A stretch of DNA of 64,000 nucleotides from Eledone cirrhosa (GCA_964016885.1 OZ024742.1:47864001-47928000), one strand, 5' to 3'. Numbered from the stretch's first letter, positions 15,538 through 29,873 are shown. Numbers and translations are program-made. Notes: generated by a model not told the origin, from the letters alone.

Positions 15538-15626
15538 ATAATTGTTTGCATTTTCTCCGGCATACAGAGTACACTTTCGGATCTGAACATCATATACCTT
15601 CAACAACAGGGAGACGTGCAGACGCC

Positions 15627-15705
<79 letters not shown>

Positions 15706-15952
15706 AAGTGCAGATTAATATTTACGCAAATAATTGCCCCTGTCACCTTTTACGATTTTACGTTCTAAAATTCAGAATATTCCGTAAAGTCTAAAAGCAC
15801 CGATTCTTTGCTTGAACTATAATCTGTACTTATAATAAATAGTTGGTCTAGGGGTTTATATATATATATATATATGTATAATCCTTATCGAACCCTTTTC
15901 GGATTTTATTCTTCACATTTATCATTAATCTCCTTCCCTCTTTCGCTCTCTC

Positions 15953-16028
<76 letters not shown>

Positions 16029-16066
16029 TCTCTCTCTCTCCCTCTCTCTCTCCCTCTCTCTCTCTG

Positions 16067-16146
<80 letters not shown>

Positions 16147-17835
16147 GGTGGGGTCTGTAGTTCTCTGTGAGTGAAGATATATCATGTTCCGGACAACAGA
16201 ATATGTATTGTAAATGCTCGAGGAAATTCAATTTCAATCGAATAAGTGCTTGACATCAGATACGTAAATGTTTCATCTATATGAACATGAATATTATTTC
16301 CATATCAGTTACACATAAAAACAAAATCTCCGTATACGTATCCTTCTAAACTGACCACTAATCTGCTGAGCGTATAGAATGTAATTTTGTTTAAAATACA
16401 TCACCGAAAACAATATATATTGTAATAATATGATCAGATTTAATATCTTGGTGACCGCATTTTATATGTTGGTGTATGTTGAATGTGTTCATAGTGTTTT
16501 ACAGATACTCATTCTTTTTGTTTATTATAGTTGAGACTTTAGATTGTTTTAGTGTCTCTAACTCTCCACGTCAAACATCATCGGTCACTTTTAGGCGAAT
16601 GAAATTCCTGTCGTACATTGTCATTCTTCTTTGATTAATTCTGTTAAAGGGGAACCAAGGATTAATTTTCTATTCAATATTGTGTTGAGCCATTTGAATG
16701 CCATAAGTTAGAATCTGACAGAGGCATGGCCGGTATTTGTAGCAGTTTGAATAAACGCATAAAAGCTCCGTCATTAACTCGTTTCAATAGCAGTAAGTAT
16801 TGAAATAGATGACGTTAGTAGTACTATATATTGTTATTAGTTCATAGTTATAATGATGATAGTAATGCCGTCATTCATGTTATGTATCGTTCAGGGAAAT
16901 ATTTTAGCAGAAATTATAGTGTCAAACAAAATGTTTTTTTTCAGTTCGTTGACAGTGATGTTTGTCAATATTCTATGTAAACATTCCGCTGAGAATTAGT
17001 GACTTTATTGTTTAGCCTTTCAGCTACAATAAAATGTGAACCAACGATATATTTATATTTAATTAAGATAATTACATATAATGATCAAATTCATCATATC
17101 CGCAATGACGGCCATTAATGCAATGTATGTGGTGTAGATGAAGAGTCTGTTTACAAAGGCAAATACATTGCAGTAGTTTTTTTTCTTTTGCTAAAATTAC
17201 ATACAATGTTGGTCGACCGTTAGACCACCGCTGTTCTCGATCACCGTATTCTGTTACCTTCGGGCAAATGTGAGTGAGGGCACCCTGCACGAAGAAGGAG
17301 ACCTTGGGTAGGGAATGACTAATGCATGCGCTTATCGGTAAATGTGTGCCGATGTAAACAATATAGCTGATGATAATGCTAATTTTCTTAGCATTCGATG
17401 CCTAAAATTAGAGAGGTGTTAGTCCTACCACAATTTCAGTTTATTATCTATTGGGGTGAGTCGTTAAATAAAGAAAATATTAGTTACTGGGTCTGATTTC
17501 ATCAAATTAGCTCTCCCTTCAAATTTGCTACACCTATGCCTAACTTAGAAATCCTTATCTTCTAAGCGAGACCGAGACAAACATTGCACCCTCCCGTCCT
17601 AATTGCAAAATCTATAAAGTATGTACCATTACAATAATTGAAAATAACCCATTTAGATATATTCCACTCATTGGCAAACAGTGTCAAGAAAATTGCTGAA
17701 AAAATATTAGAATTTTTTCGGTTAGCTTAGAAGTATAGATGGAGAAAATACAATAATATCGTTCAGGAGGTTTCATAGTTCTGGCATTCTTCTTGCTGTT
17801 GCAGCCTAGATGATAACTTAACAAATACTAAAAAA

Positions 17836-18030
17836 ATAATTGTTTCTACTTTTTGGCACAAGGCCAGCAAATTATCAGTGCATTACTGGTACTTTATTTT
17901 ATCGACCCCGTAAGGATGAAAGGCAAAGTTAACCTCGGCGGAATTTGAACTCAGATCATAAAGGGACGTAACTCTGTGCTTGAAAGCATGGTGACCGACT
18001 CTCTACCGATACTACCAATCCACTGCCCTA
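17836..18030 (-). mobile_element. SINE family 1
   Basis: Near full-length match to 3428-3608. Confidence 0.88.
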
Positions 18031-18294
18031 AAAAATAATGGTTTCTGATTTAGGCTCAATATGATGTGTATATCCGCTTTCATTTCTGACGTGTTTTCTT
18101 CTTTTTAATAACAGTGTCCTGCCTATACTTCCTAGAAGGTTCAGCGAAAACTCATGTTTCCTTCATTATTGTTAGTGTGTAGATGCCACGACTAGTTTGA
18201 ATGTATTAGGGATGTAATGTTAGTTTAGAAACATTAGAAATTGTTATTTGCGTGGGTATACTGAAGGTCTTACAGATAGAACAATTGCTGAACG

Positions 18295-18490
18295 TAATAA
18301 TTGTTTCTACTTTTGGCACAAGGCCAGCAATGATATCAGTACATTACTGGTACTTTATTTCATCGACCCCGTAAGGATGAAAGGCAAAGTTAACCTCGGC
18401 GGGATTTTAACTCAGACCATAAAGGACCGTAACTCTATGCTGCAAAGCATGGTGTCCGACCTTCTACGGATACTGCCAATCCACCGCCCT
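18295..18490 (-). mobile_element. SINE family 1
   Basis: Near full-length match to 3428-3608. Confidence 0.88.
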
Positions 18491-18934
18491 ACTATTGAAC
18501 GTAATAATAATACTGGTGTTAATTATAACTGCTGGTTTATTCAGTTTTACTCTAATGCAGTAAATTCCTATGAACATAGTCGATTGCTATAATTAATAGC
18601 TTATAAAATAGGGTAAATCGAAATATGTACTTCTCAAATTCCGGCTAGGCCCTCTGTACCACTGACCTAAATGAACCCAGACGATATTTACCCTCTAAAG
18701 AGAAGCTAAATATCAGCTTTAAACGTAACGACATATGTACACAAACAATGAGAGAGTCGAGTGAGTTCAAATTCTTAGAAACTGTTGAGAATCTCAAGAC
18801 GGAATTTGAGAGGTACAGAGTTCGATACTCAGTAGCGGCTGCTAACCGCTATTTCCGTCTACAGATGTATTTTCGCCGATTTTAAAAGCTATTGTATAGC
18901 GCAATTGACCTTGGTGATTTCCTACAGTTTCCAA

Positions 18935-18978
<44 letters not shown>

Positions 18979-19118
18979 TAAGGTTTGTTGGTTCACTACT
19001 GCATAGAACTGGTCATTCCGTATGGTCAATCTTGGTGTAATATTGTGAAGAGTACTCAACGCAGTGCAGTTCACCCATCTTCGTTTGTGTAGTTGGTGGT
19101 GCGAATACGGAGTTAATT

Positions 19119-19946
19119 ATAAATGAAATGACAGGAGGCTGGACTGGTGTAAATCCTTGAAAGGTTTATTATACTATGATCATTTCAATGACCGGGTTAC
19201 ATATGAATCCGGTGATATCATCAGGTATTGGAATATAACAAAGGAATATGTAAAAAGCCATGGGTTCGAAAAACCCATGGGTCCGAGAAACCAGAGACTG
19301 AGAAGGCGGCTGACCAACTAGCTCACAGCCAGCCGCCCTCAAAGTGTTGGCAACCGAAAAACTACCAGTGAATATCTGGTAAGCTGGCGCATGCCTATCA
19401 TGTACTACCACCACCCGCCAAAGAAGAAGGGGAAGAAAGAAAGGGAGAAAGAAGTCAGCGTAAGGGTCACACTACATTCATGTTAGAAAATGCCGCGAAG
19501 AGAATGCTACACAAAGAATCTATAGTGGGTGTCTGTATGGTCTAATGTGTGAACCGAAGATTTGAACGTTAAACTTATGTTGCGAGTTATAGGATGAAAT
19601 AAATTAAATTAAAAATATTATATTGCAAAATGGTAAATTGAAAAATAGAGGTGGCGAAATTTATTTATTTAACGAACTTACGGAGTGAGACTTATATGAA
19701 CAATTGTTTTTAACTCGATAAGCTATTAGGATGGGATATAGAGTAAAGATTTCGATTGGGAGTCCCAGTCAGCACACCCACCACCATGAGTCAGCCAGTC
19801 TCGAATGGTATCGTCCAGCGAAAGAAATGGAAATTAATTTTTCCGAGTACTCTAGGAACATAACTAACTTTGGCCCCGGATCGCTAGTATAGTATAGTAT
19901 AATAAACCTTACAAGGATTTACACCAGTCCAGCCTCCTGTCACTTC

Positions 19947-19952
<6 letters not shown>
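19119..19952 (-). mobile_element. Non-coding HHR element bounded by a 59-bp inverted repeat
   Basis: 19119-19177 vs 19894-19952 (2 mismatches); HHR at the inner end of the left arm; (TA)n on the right. Confidence 0.75.
19171..19228 (-). ncRNA. Type I hammerhead ribozyme
   Basis: ATAC-CTGATGA-TATCACCGG(13 nt)CCGGTCATT-GAAA-TGATCA-TA-GTAT; palindromic stem III. Confidence 0.85.
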
Positions 19953-20040
<88 letters not shown>

Positions 20041-20889
20041 TGTGTGTGTGTATGTGTGTGTGTGTGTATGTGTGTGTGTGTGTATATATATGTGTGTGTG
20101 TGTGTGGGTGTGTGTGTAAATGCAAAAAGTAAACGGAAACACCAAAACAAACTACATGGTGCAATAAACAAATATATTACATTGACGCTTGAGCTAGTAG
20201 AACAATTGTTTTTACGTTTTGGAGACTAGCTATTCATCAAAAGGTAACATGTAAAATATAAGATGAAATAGAAAGATAGATAAGTAGAAGAGGAAATAAC
20301 TGAAAACTTATTCTTTTAGAAAAAGCCCGTGTGTATTCAGTCAACCATTTTGGGAATAAATACATTTAACGGAAATAATTGTTTACGCTAATTGAAATCC
20401 TTGTCATTATAATGTTAGGTAATTAACAATTTAATTACACGTGTTTTAACCATATGACACATTATAAATCTAGCTACTGGTAAAACTGATGCTGTATATA
20501 TTAAACGATTCAAAAGTGTGTCAATTACACAAATATACTTGTAAAACATGTACATAAGACGAATTTGATACCGCTGTATGAATAAAAGTGACATTATCGA
20601 GCGGACTCTTTAGTTCATTATATTCTGAATACTTTAACGCCAATGTTTCTTTGGGCTGTTCTATATTTATTTCATATTCCGTATGACACACTTGTATTTT
20701 TATTCCTCCTTTGTTGTTTGCTAATCCTTTGTCACTTGCTCGTAGCTTTTTTCTTTCTGTTTTTGTTTCTCTTATATACTTAATGTCCAGTATCATTTGA
20801 GCTTAGAATATTAGAGAGATGAAAGTGAAGGTGCATGCAATATCGTAAGGTGTCCTATCTGTTTGCATAGTTATTGGTATCTAACGTAA

Positions 20890-21075
20890 AGGTAAGGCAA
20901 CAAATCATTGAGGGAAGAAGCAGTCGATGTTAGTATTCAGTAGTTGACTGGTACTTAATTAAGGACCCGATACTATGAAAAGCAACATAGATTTAGGCGG
21001 GAGTTGAACTCAGAATATACACTGGGATAACCAAAGAGGGGAATGCCTTGCGTGTTTCCCTCGACCGATTCTTCT
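20890..21075 (-). mobile_element. SINE family 1-like, diverged
   Basis: GACTGGTACTT...GGCGGGAGTTGAACTCAGAA...ACCGATTCT. Confidence 0.6.
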
Positions 21076-22079
21076 AATCTATCACCCTTCCAATTTTGGC
21101 ATAATTATTAGAAATCACAAAGGTTGAAAGGTGGATCTGTTGAGGCTTAAGTTCCTGCGAAAGCTGCACCAGCTGCTGTAGTCTTTGATTAGTCGGTGCT
21201 TTATCGCTTGTTCTCTTTGTTAGAGGCAGACCAATTTTCAGCAACCCACCAACGCGCACCCTCCTTGCACACTTCACTGAACCATCAACGGAGAACACTT
21301 TATTTGCATGGAAATGGCGCGTTAGAGTTTTATTGCTTTTCTTTGACTTTCATTTGCTATTCCTCCTTTTCATTTCTTCTACATGGAGTCTGCCTATTGT
21401 TTTACTTTTCTTTAATTTACTAGTCATGTGTTTGTTTATTTTTCATCATTGTTCTCCCTTTTTATTCTTTTACTCGTTCTATTCAATATTCCTGACTCCG
21501 TTATTTTTCGGTCTCTTTCCACGTGTTTTTTTTTTTTTATCTTTCTCATAATATTCTAGCATGACATCTTTTTTTTATATGTAACTTTCTTCATATTATG
21601 CCTATTTTTTTATTCCTTTCTATTCAAAATTCTCGTATTGTACTTCACTCTGCATTTCCATAAGTCTTTGCTTCATCATTTATTGCTTCATTCAGTAGAT
21701 TTCTTAACTTATGCACTTATATTACATTTACAAAACTTTTAGCTCTCTTTATGAATAGATTTATAATTCTTTGATATTTTTCATTATATTATGGTGTTCT
21801 TTTTTATCGCTTTCTTCTTTCCTTTCGCTCTTTCTCAAGTTCTTCATATGTTCTTTTACTTTTTACTATTCATTCTCTACTTGCTTGTTGCTTCTCTCTT
21901 TCTTTCTTGCTTTCTTTCTAATTCATTCTTTTCAGTTATTTTTCGTTCTTTTGACTGATTTTTGTTAGAAGAAAGTGTTTGTTTCAATCAAATTCTCCAG
22001 CTTCAGAGATATTTAAGGTAGCTGGAGCTAACGTTCTACTTTAACATATTGAAATTGACAGCTACAGTAAAAATTATGT

Positions 22080-22200
22080 GGGAAGGCAATTCCCGACGTC
22101 CAACGTTTGTGAGATGATATAATTTGGGAAATTACACAACAAGGGCTTCACGAGAAAGTGTAACAAGTGAGTTCCAAGTGCATTGGAGGGAATAGAATGG
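22080..22200 (+). pseudogene. Possible mariner transposase remnant
   Basis: GFTRKCNK*VPSAL resembles the mariner K..KWVPHEL motif; the match is short. Confidence 0.25.
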
Positions 22201-22464
22201 GACAACATCACTTCGCTCGGGGAACAAGATAACAATGTAGTACAGGTATGGAAATCAGAGAGAAACAAACAGTGTATATGTTCGTCAGTCAGATAATATT
22301 TTGTTACATAAGATTTTCAATATCTCTGTGTGTAGCCGAAACAAACATCCAGATATTGAAGTATTAATTGCATTGTGCATTGGGTTTGACACGCCAAAGT
22401 GAGAGAAAATGAAAATGATATTTTTATAATTTATTTCTCGTGCTTCATCATCTCCTCTCTTTCT

Positions 22465-24010
22465 TAGATATTAGTCATTTCACCCAGATGTCTGTTTTGT
22501 ACACCAGAAGTTGCTTTGGTGATTACGTTTAGGAGATCAGCAAAGTGTTTTCTCCAACTCGAGTGGCTGCACCTCTTTGAGGAGAGAAATCCAGATGCGA
22601 GAAATCCAATAGCAGGTATGGAGGAGGGCTTCTTATTACGAATTCGTAGCATGATCTACGTGAATACTTTATTTGGTGATATGAAGACGGATTCCATCTG
22701 AACGCAAATGTCCTCATATGTCCTATCTTTGGAGGCCTTTCTCCTTCTTGCTACAGCTTTTCACACCTGATTGTACCGCAAGTTCAAGAGAGAGGACTTA
22801 TATCCAAGCCAAGCTTTGTACACTTTCTTCTTGACTCACATAGCATTTTTTACATCTTGATTGAATCAAGGTGTCTTCCTGCAAAGTAGTCCGTCACCAC
22901 CCAAAGGCGCTTCCGTCCTCAGCTTGTAACAGCTTCGGCAGAAACTACCGAGTCTCCACTTTGTTACATTTCCCTCCATTTCTACAGGGAGTTCTCTGAA
23001 TTTGGATGTACAGGTATCCGCAAACCTGCTCCCGACTTCCTTCAACGTTTCTCAGTTTATTCTGAAAGTTGAGATGGATCTGCTACTTTGGGGGATCCAT
23101 TGGGTAGTCTCAAACTGCAGATAACTAGATGGCGACTACTTGACAGTTCACACCTCTTAACACGAACATCCAGCACAGAATTTATGAGATTAGAGGCAAT
23201 AACAAAATCAATTAATAATATCTGTACCTGATTCACTTTATACAATGTGTATTTATGGAGGTCTCTGTGCTGGTAGAATTTGTGCATGATAAAGAGTCCA
23301 TTTCTAGAACACAAGTCTAATGAAACCTCTCCCATGTAGTCTGTGCCAACATGTTTATTGAAGTCCCCACTTTAGAATATATGACTCAACCTTAAGTAAA
23401 TATATTGCTTCAGTGACTTCATAGAGGAAAGATCTGTATTCAGACTCCTTGTATCGTACAGAAACGCACCAAAAACATAAAAAGACCTACCTTTCTGCCT
23501 AAGAATGAATGGGTAAATCCTCACTTCTAGTGAGGCCCAGCCCAAAATACAGTCTGACAGTTGTGGTCTTGTATGTATCCCCATACCCACCTCTGCAGTC
23601 AGTTCTGGCGCCACACCTGAATAGTGGAATTTCCATTCTCCTTCCACATCTACAGAACCAGAGCCACGAACTTTGTTGAGAAAACTACAACTATATCTAG
23701 CCGGTAGCATCTAGCTTTCTCCACTAGTCCCTGCTCGTTACCTGTAAGGGTTGAAATATTCCTGTTTCCAATTGTTTCGGGTTCCGCATTTCTGAAACTT
23801 GCTTGTGTTCTCAGGATACGCAATCTTTGAGCGTCCATCACATGCTCTCCATGACAGGTCGCAGTTCCATCGCCCGTTCTTACAGCATAAAACGGAGACT
23901 GCAATATATTTTTCGAACATTCCCCTCTACCTAATGCCTGAAAGCGTCCCTTGTTAACCCGGGCGATGTAGGATGCGGCATCATTCCTTTTGTTACCTCT
24001 CACCATATTG
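22465..24010 (-). mobile_element. RTE-clade LINE fragment: APE endonuclease and start of RT linker, decayed
   Basis: IGNRNISTLTGNEQGLVEKARCYRLDIV; KVRGSGSVDVEGEWKFHYSGV; VGDFNKHVG; IDFVI; SSRHLV (SDH motif). Confidence 0.88.
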
Positions 24011-25369
24011 CAGTTTTGCAGGACTTATTCGTGTCAGTCACCAATCAAGTACCTTTTTCAGGACGACAAAGACTAGTCTTTTAAAGAGGTGGCCTTTACT
24101 CACCTAGTCATAGGTAGATCATTGGTTTTTTCAGAACTTTCTTGGGAGCTGAATGTGTCAAACCTTGCTCCATCTAATCTAATAGTTTACCGCTGTTTGT
24201 TCCAGGTTGTTTATTCATCCAGCAGTTGCGTGCTTATGTCGCAATTAACCACCACATCTGGTGGCCCTATCACTATACAACACTGCGACACTTTCTCTTT
24301 CAGCACAGCTCGTGCATACATGTTCAGCATGTATTGATCGCTTACATGGTTAAATGTGTGAGTAAATTTGGAGAAATATTTATTTACAGGAACAAAGGTC
24401 ACATTGGAACACAGAACCTCGTGACTGGAATGTGAACCTCTTATAAGAGCGAAATGACTGAAATAACAAATACGTGTTTGGGTGCATACCGTTTCAAGAA
24501 TTACAGACAGAGTTATAAACACTCAAACCTACAAGGATTGCGCTTTTCCTTCCTAGTTTATATTTATATATTTTATTCATCCCACCTCAATAATATCATT
24601 CGAAAACCAGCTCTTATTTCATTCATCCGATTATATCACCTATATCATTATTCAACATTTTTTGCTTCGTTCATTCTTATCTTTCTTTCTTTTAATATTT
24701 CTTACATATCTCTTTATCTCTCTCCCACCTCATTTTCATACATCCTAATTTACAAGTTATCATGTTTTTACATGCTTAAATAAATCATTGTTTTTTGCTG
24801 TTCTACGTATGTATTATTTTCTCTCCAATTGCATTTCACTTGACGATTTGTCGCCATACCATCATTCTTTATTTTCCCTTGTTCTATTCTGAAATCTATC
24901 GCATTGTCTGCTCTCCCTTTTCTTTCTATTTTGATTCGTTTATCTATTTTCGCTCATCTACAGATAACATTCCTTCATATGCTACCTGCTTTAAAATCTT
25001 ATTTTTAATGGGATTTGTCCTTTACTTTTCGCTATATTTATTCCTGCTGTATTTTATTCTTTCTTAAATAATGACTTTCCATTAATGTTAATTTTCCTCT
25101 TACTTATTTTTCTATTTCCTCTGTTCTCTACTATGGTAACAGATTAGTGTGATACATCTACAATATCAGAGCTGCCAAATTTGCTTCTTTACAGCAAAGC
25201 ATTCTTTGTATATTTTAACATAAATGCATTTAAATAAAGGTACAAGTTGGCCCAATCACGTAATTACATACAAAACTGTTTATGCATTTTTGAATATGAC
25301 AACACGTAAGCTATTGATGTATAGGAAAGTGATTAAACGAAACTAGAGAGAGAGAGAGAGAGAGGGAGA

Positions 25370-25415
<46 letters not shown>

Positions 25416-25814
25416 AATATATTTGATTCTTACTTTATTATATTGTTCATTGTTATAAACATAAAAGTTGTGAAAATAAGATTAAATGATATATAAGATA
25501 TTTGTAGTTATATCTACATATTCATGAAGAAGCAAAGGAATTCATGCCAACGTGTGTTAATTCATGTGTCCATACGCACGCGCATGCCCACATCACCACC
25601 CCTCTCTCTCTCTCTCTCTCTCCCACACACACACTATCTCTCACACACACATATATCGTGGCAGAGGGTGTGTGTGCATGTTTGTGTTAATATTTGTCTG
25701 AGCGTTCTATTATTCATCATGTTTCAAGAGAAGAATTTTAACAACATTCGTTATTTTTGTAAATATACGTGTCTGTCTATATTATATAGACTATAAACTC
25801 CCATACACACGTAT

Positions 25815-25886
<72 letters not shown>

Positions 25887-26099
25887 TCTGCGGAGCTGAG
25901 ACAGAGGAGACCACTAATTCTGGGAGTACTCGATGTATGGGGTCATGCCGAGTGTGTTCAGCAAGCAGTTTCCAAAAGGCTTTTTGAACACACAAGCCGA
26001 AACCGCTCAGCACCGCAGTCGGGATTTTACCTCCCTCCCCCTCTCTCTATCTCTTTATCTCTCTACTTATGTATATATATGTGTGTGTATATAAGTCTT

Positions 26100-26149
<50 letters not shown>

Positions 26150-27049
26150 AGGATGTGTGTGTGTGCGTGGGCGTGTGTGCGTGTGTGTGTGCGTGGGGGG
26201 GGGGGTATATACGTGTGCGCATGTGTGTTGAAGTGTACCTGTATAAGTGACGTACAGACAAATTTCAGTGAATACATTTCAGTGAGACTCAGAATATATC
26301 AGAATTAATGTTGTATTTGAGGTTGGAATAACAGCAGTTTGGTTGGCGTGCAAATTAATTGTGTTAGAATCTATGATAACATTAGCCACCCAGTTACTGA
26401 TTTAATTTGTTGTTCTTTTGAGTGTCTCCACTGGAGATCAGCCTCCACCTTGTTATTATATTTTACTTTATATTTTGTATGTTTCAACGTCGAAAAGAGG
26501 AAACATTCGCCGATACATAACACTGTTGAAATCCTGATGTATATATTATCGGTCCATCGTATGAATACCCTAAATTTAGCTTGGTTCGTTTTATATATAA
26601 TTTAAGTAATGTCAGTAGGAGACTATGATTAAGCCATCTCTTTAAAAGGATTCTGCTTTCAACGTTATTCTAAACATAACCATGTTCTAGATTATACAAA
26701 ATAAACAATTAATAACATGGTTTAACACAAAGGCATTCTTTATGTTGTCGAAAGGATGTTTTGTGTGCTTTTATTTATTCTGCTAAAGAAGATAAGTGAA
26801 GCAATTTAAATAAAGAAATGGAACTATAAACGGAATTGGCATATAAAGTTGAAAAGACATTTCATAGATTCCGTGCTCGACTAAACATTAAGGTCATTTT
26901 TCAATCAACTGTCTTCTATAGCAGCAAGGGTTTATTATCTTTTGAAAACTTTCAATAAATAACTTGTCTCTGATTTTAGGCTGACCTTTATATCTATATA
27001 TGTATAAACCCACACGCAGAATAAGACCCACACACGAACAAACACACAC

Positions 27050-27103
<54 letters not shown>

Positions 27104-27364
27104 TTAAGTTAGGTTTTAGCAAAGCTATTCTATTTTCTTTTTATTCCATCGAGTGTTTAGATGTGTGTCTTTGTTCTGAATGATATTAACAATAGATCAA
27201 ACGAATATAATATGAAATGAGACAGCACAAAGATAGAAAAGCAAAACAATGTCTTGAAAACTATGATTTTAGTCGAATGACATCTCACAGTTGTAATGGT
27301 TTGTAAATACCTAATTAGATAAAATGCAATACACGCACGCGGGACAACGGCAAGATATATATAC

Positions 27365-27423
<59 letters not shown>

Positions 27424-27470
27424 GAATATGAAATGAATGTGTTTTTTTAAAAAAGGAATTTATTAGGTAT

Positions 27471-27581
27471 TGACATATGTTTCTGTAACAGACGGAATAC
27501 CTATGTATCGCTGCTTGCGTAATCATATAATGTTAGCAAGTATTCGATAGCAAATGTATAATCAGTTGTCACTTCTTCAGA
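27471..27581 (-). ncRNA. Candidate HHR with long, branched stem II (copies 29024-29134 plus, 60443-60553 minus)
   Basis: CTGAAGA-A-GTGACA(about 75 nt)TGTTAC-A-GAAA-CATATG-TC; stem I poorly paired. Confidence 0.5.
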
Positions 27582-27769
27582 GATTTTGGATAAATTGGAT
27601 AAAATCAGAAAAATTGAAGTATTTATATTAGTAATAGAGGAAGAAGAGAGGGGATAGTATATGACAGATGGTAATTCAATTTACTGTTAAACAAGTATAT
27701 AAAGGGTTTCTAATGAAACAAGTGTATAAAGGGTTTCAATAATAGTCGCACACCAACAAACAGAAGGCG

Positions 27770-28539
27770 ATGTAAAGAGTATATTTGGTACAATCCGGTC
27801 TATAACAACTCTATTAAAACCAATCTACCCTCACAATTATTTCGATTAGTTAAAAAACACTTTCCAACATCACATAAATATAATAAAATCTTAAACCCTA
27901 ACACTATTCGACTTTCATATTCAACCGCCCCTAATATTGAACAACATATAAAAAAGCTTAACGCAAAAGGTTGTATAAACGCCTTCCAACACATAACAAT
28001 ACACGTAAAACATTAGCTATAACATCACAAAACAACAAACAACATCCTGTCCTACCTAAGCAACCTCATCAACCCATCCATGACAATACAACAACGCAAA
28101 ATTATAAATGTAACTGTGTCCAACCAGGATTGTGTCCGTTGAACAATCAGTGTCTTGAACGCAACATCATATACAAATGTACTATCGAATCGGATAGACA
28201 GAAGTGGTACTATGTGGGATCTACAGCTACCTCCTTCAAATGACGCCTTTATAGACATCGTTACTCGATAAAACATGAAAACCAGCGTTATGTAACAACA
28301 CTCGCAGACAAGACTTGGCAGCTGCGTGAAAATAACCAACAATTTCACCAAAAATGGGATATAATAGTGACTGCCCCCCCATAAGCCACGGACAGGAATT
28401 TTGTAAAGTATGTAATATGGAATTATTTTGTATTATGAAATCCCAAAACATTTTATTAAATAACAGAATTGAGCGATCGTTATACTGTAACCATCGTTTA
28501 AAATCTACATTTTCATATTATAAATACTACCAGGATTGA
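27770..28539 (+). pseudogene. PLE2 C-terminus / GIY-YIG endonuclease, disrupted
   Basis: WYNPVYN..IKTNLP...KHFP; CNCVQPGLCPLNNQCLERNIIYKC...YYVGSTATSFK*R; CKVCNME; CNHR. Confidence 0.88.
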
Positions 28540-29476
28540 ACGCCTGTCTCTATCCCCGTTTGATTGTCAAAATAGATATTAACATTCTCTATTAGTCTTA
28601 ATTCTATCAACTTTTCTATTATTTACCATTTAATATAAACTGCTATAGATAAAATGAGATTTCTGATTTCTTAATCCAATTCCCTAATGCATATACCAGC
28701 TGGCTACTAGCATTGATGTTATTCAGTAGCAATCGAAATCTCCCTCTTCCCCAATTGTCACTTTATAATTAATACTACTACACCAAATGACCAGCCCTGT
28801 CCACTGTTCAATTGGTCAAGTATAGATTAAAATTGGCACTCACAAAAATTCTTATTTAGATAAAATAAACCATTTACTCATGGTATTCTCATTAGAAACC
28901 CTTTATATACTTGTTTAGCAGTAAATTGAATTACCATCTGTCATATACTATCCCCTCTCTTCTTCCTCTATTACTAATATAAATACTTCAATTTTTCTGA
29001 TTTTATCCAATTTATCCAAAATCTCTGAAAAAGTGACAACTGATTATACATTTGCTATCGAATACTTGCTAACATTATATGATTACGCAAGCAACGATAC
29101 ATAGGTATTCCGTCTGTTACAGAAACATATGTCAATACCAAATAATTTCCTTTCTAAAAAAAACACTTTCATTTTATATTCATCTTTTCTACATTTTCTC
29201 CGGAATATAATTTATACTCGATGAGCAAACCTACACGTATGCTGTTCATCTCTAACGTAACGATATATTATCACTACATTATTGATAACCTGAAATTATA
29301 TATATATATATATCTTTAATATATCTCATATAAAATAATACACCCAATTATCCACACAATACAGTATAGTTAGCACTCCAAACGTTTAATTGGGAATATA
29401 CTCCGGTATTTCCAAATGTTTTTTGAGTGAGTTGGAAATTGTTCGGAGTATCGCTAATAGCCTTCTCTGTTTATGT

Positions 29477-29551
<75 letters not shown>

Positions 29552-29830
29552 AATGGAATAGAATGAAACGAAATTTCATTTCTCACTCTTAGTACGGCAC
29601 TTACTTAAATGTAAGTATGTATGTATGCGTACATATATATATGTATACAGACGTACAGTAGTATGTATATATATATACATACATGCACAGATATATATAT
29701 GCACGTATCGGTTTACCGAACAGTTATTATAATGCTTGGTTTGTTTGTTTGTAAACAAACAAACAGCCCGGATTACGCAGTACAGTGTTTAGGCAACCAC
29801 GTCACCTTTTTGTTCAACACAGACACAGGA

Positions 29831-29873
29831 ATGATGTACTAGTTTCAAGCTTATTAGCTCTCGTCAGCATCGT
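29831..29873 (-). ncRNA. Type I HHR, family B
   Basis: ACGATG-CTGACGA-GAGCT AATA AGCTT-GAAA-CTAG-TA-CATCAT. Confidence 0.9.

Larger units (their letters stand above)
27418..29188. mobile_element. Penelope-like element 2: inverted pLTR (27418-27740, minus) plus 5'-truncated GIY-YIG and pLTR (plus)
   Basis: 27418-27716 is inverted with 28889-29188; a third pLTR copy lies at 60388-60745. Confidence 0.88.

Noticed and set aside
17363-17405. CTGATGA followed by a 7-bp hairpin
   Set aside because: Followed by GATG rather than GAAA; no helix III or stem I.
20205-20245. TTGATGAA...CAAAACGTA on the minus strand (a similar weak case at about 43360)
   Set aside because: Multiple core mismatches and no helix II.
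24211-24522. 103-aa ORF as a host exon or mariner C-terminus (also candidate coding remnants at 16.5-17.1, 20.5-20.8 and 35.2-35.8 kb)
   Set aside because: Only vague motif resemblance; cannot be supported without a database search.
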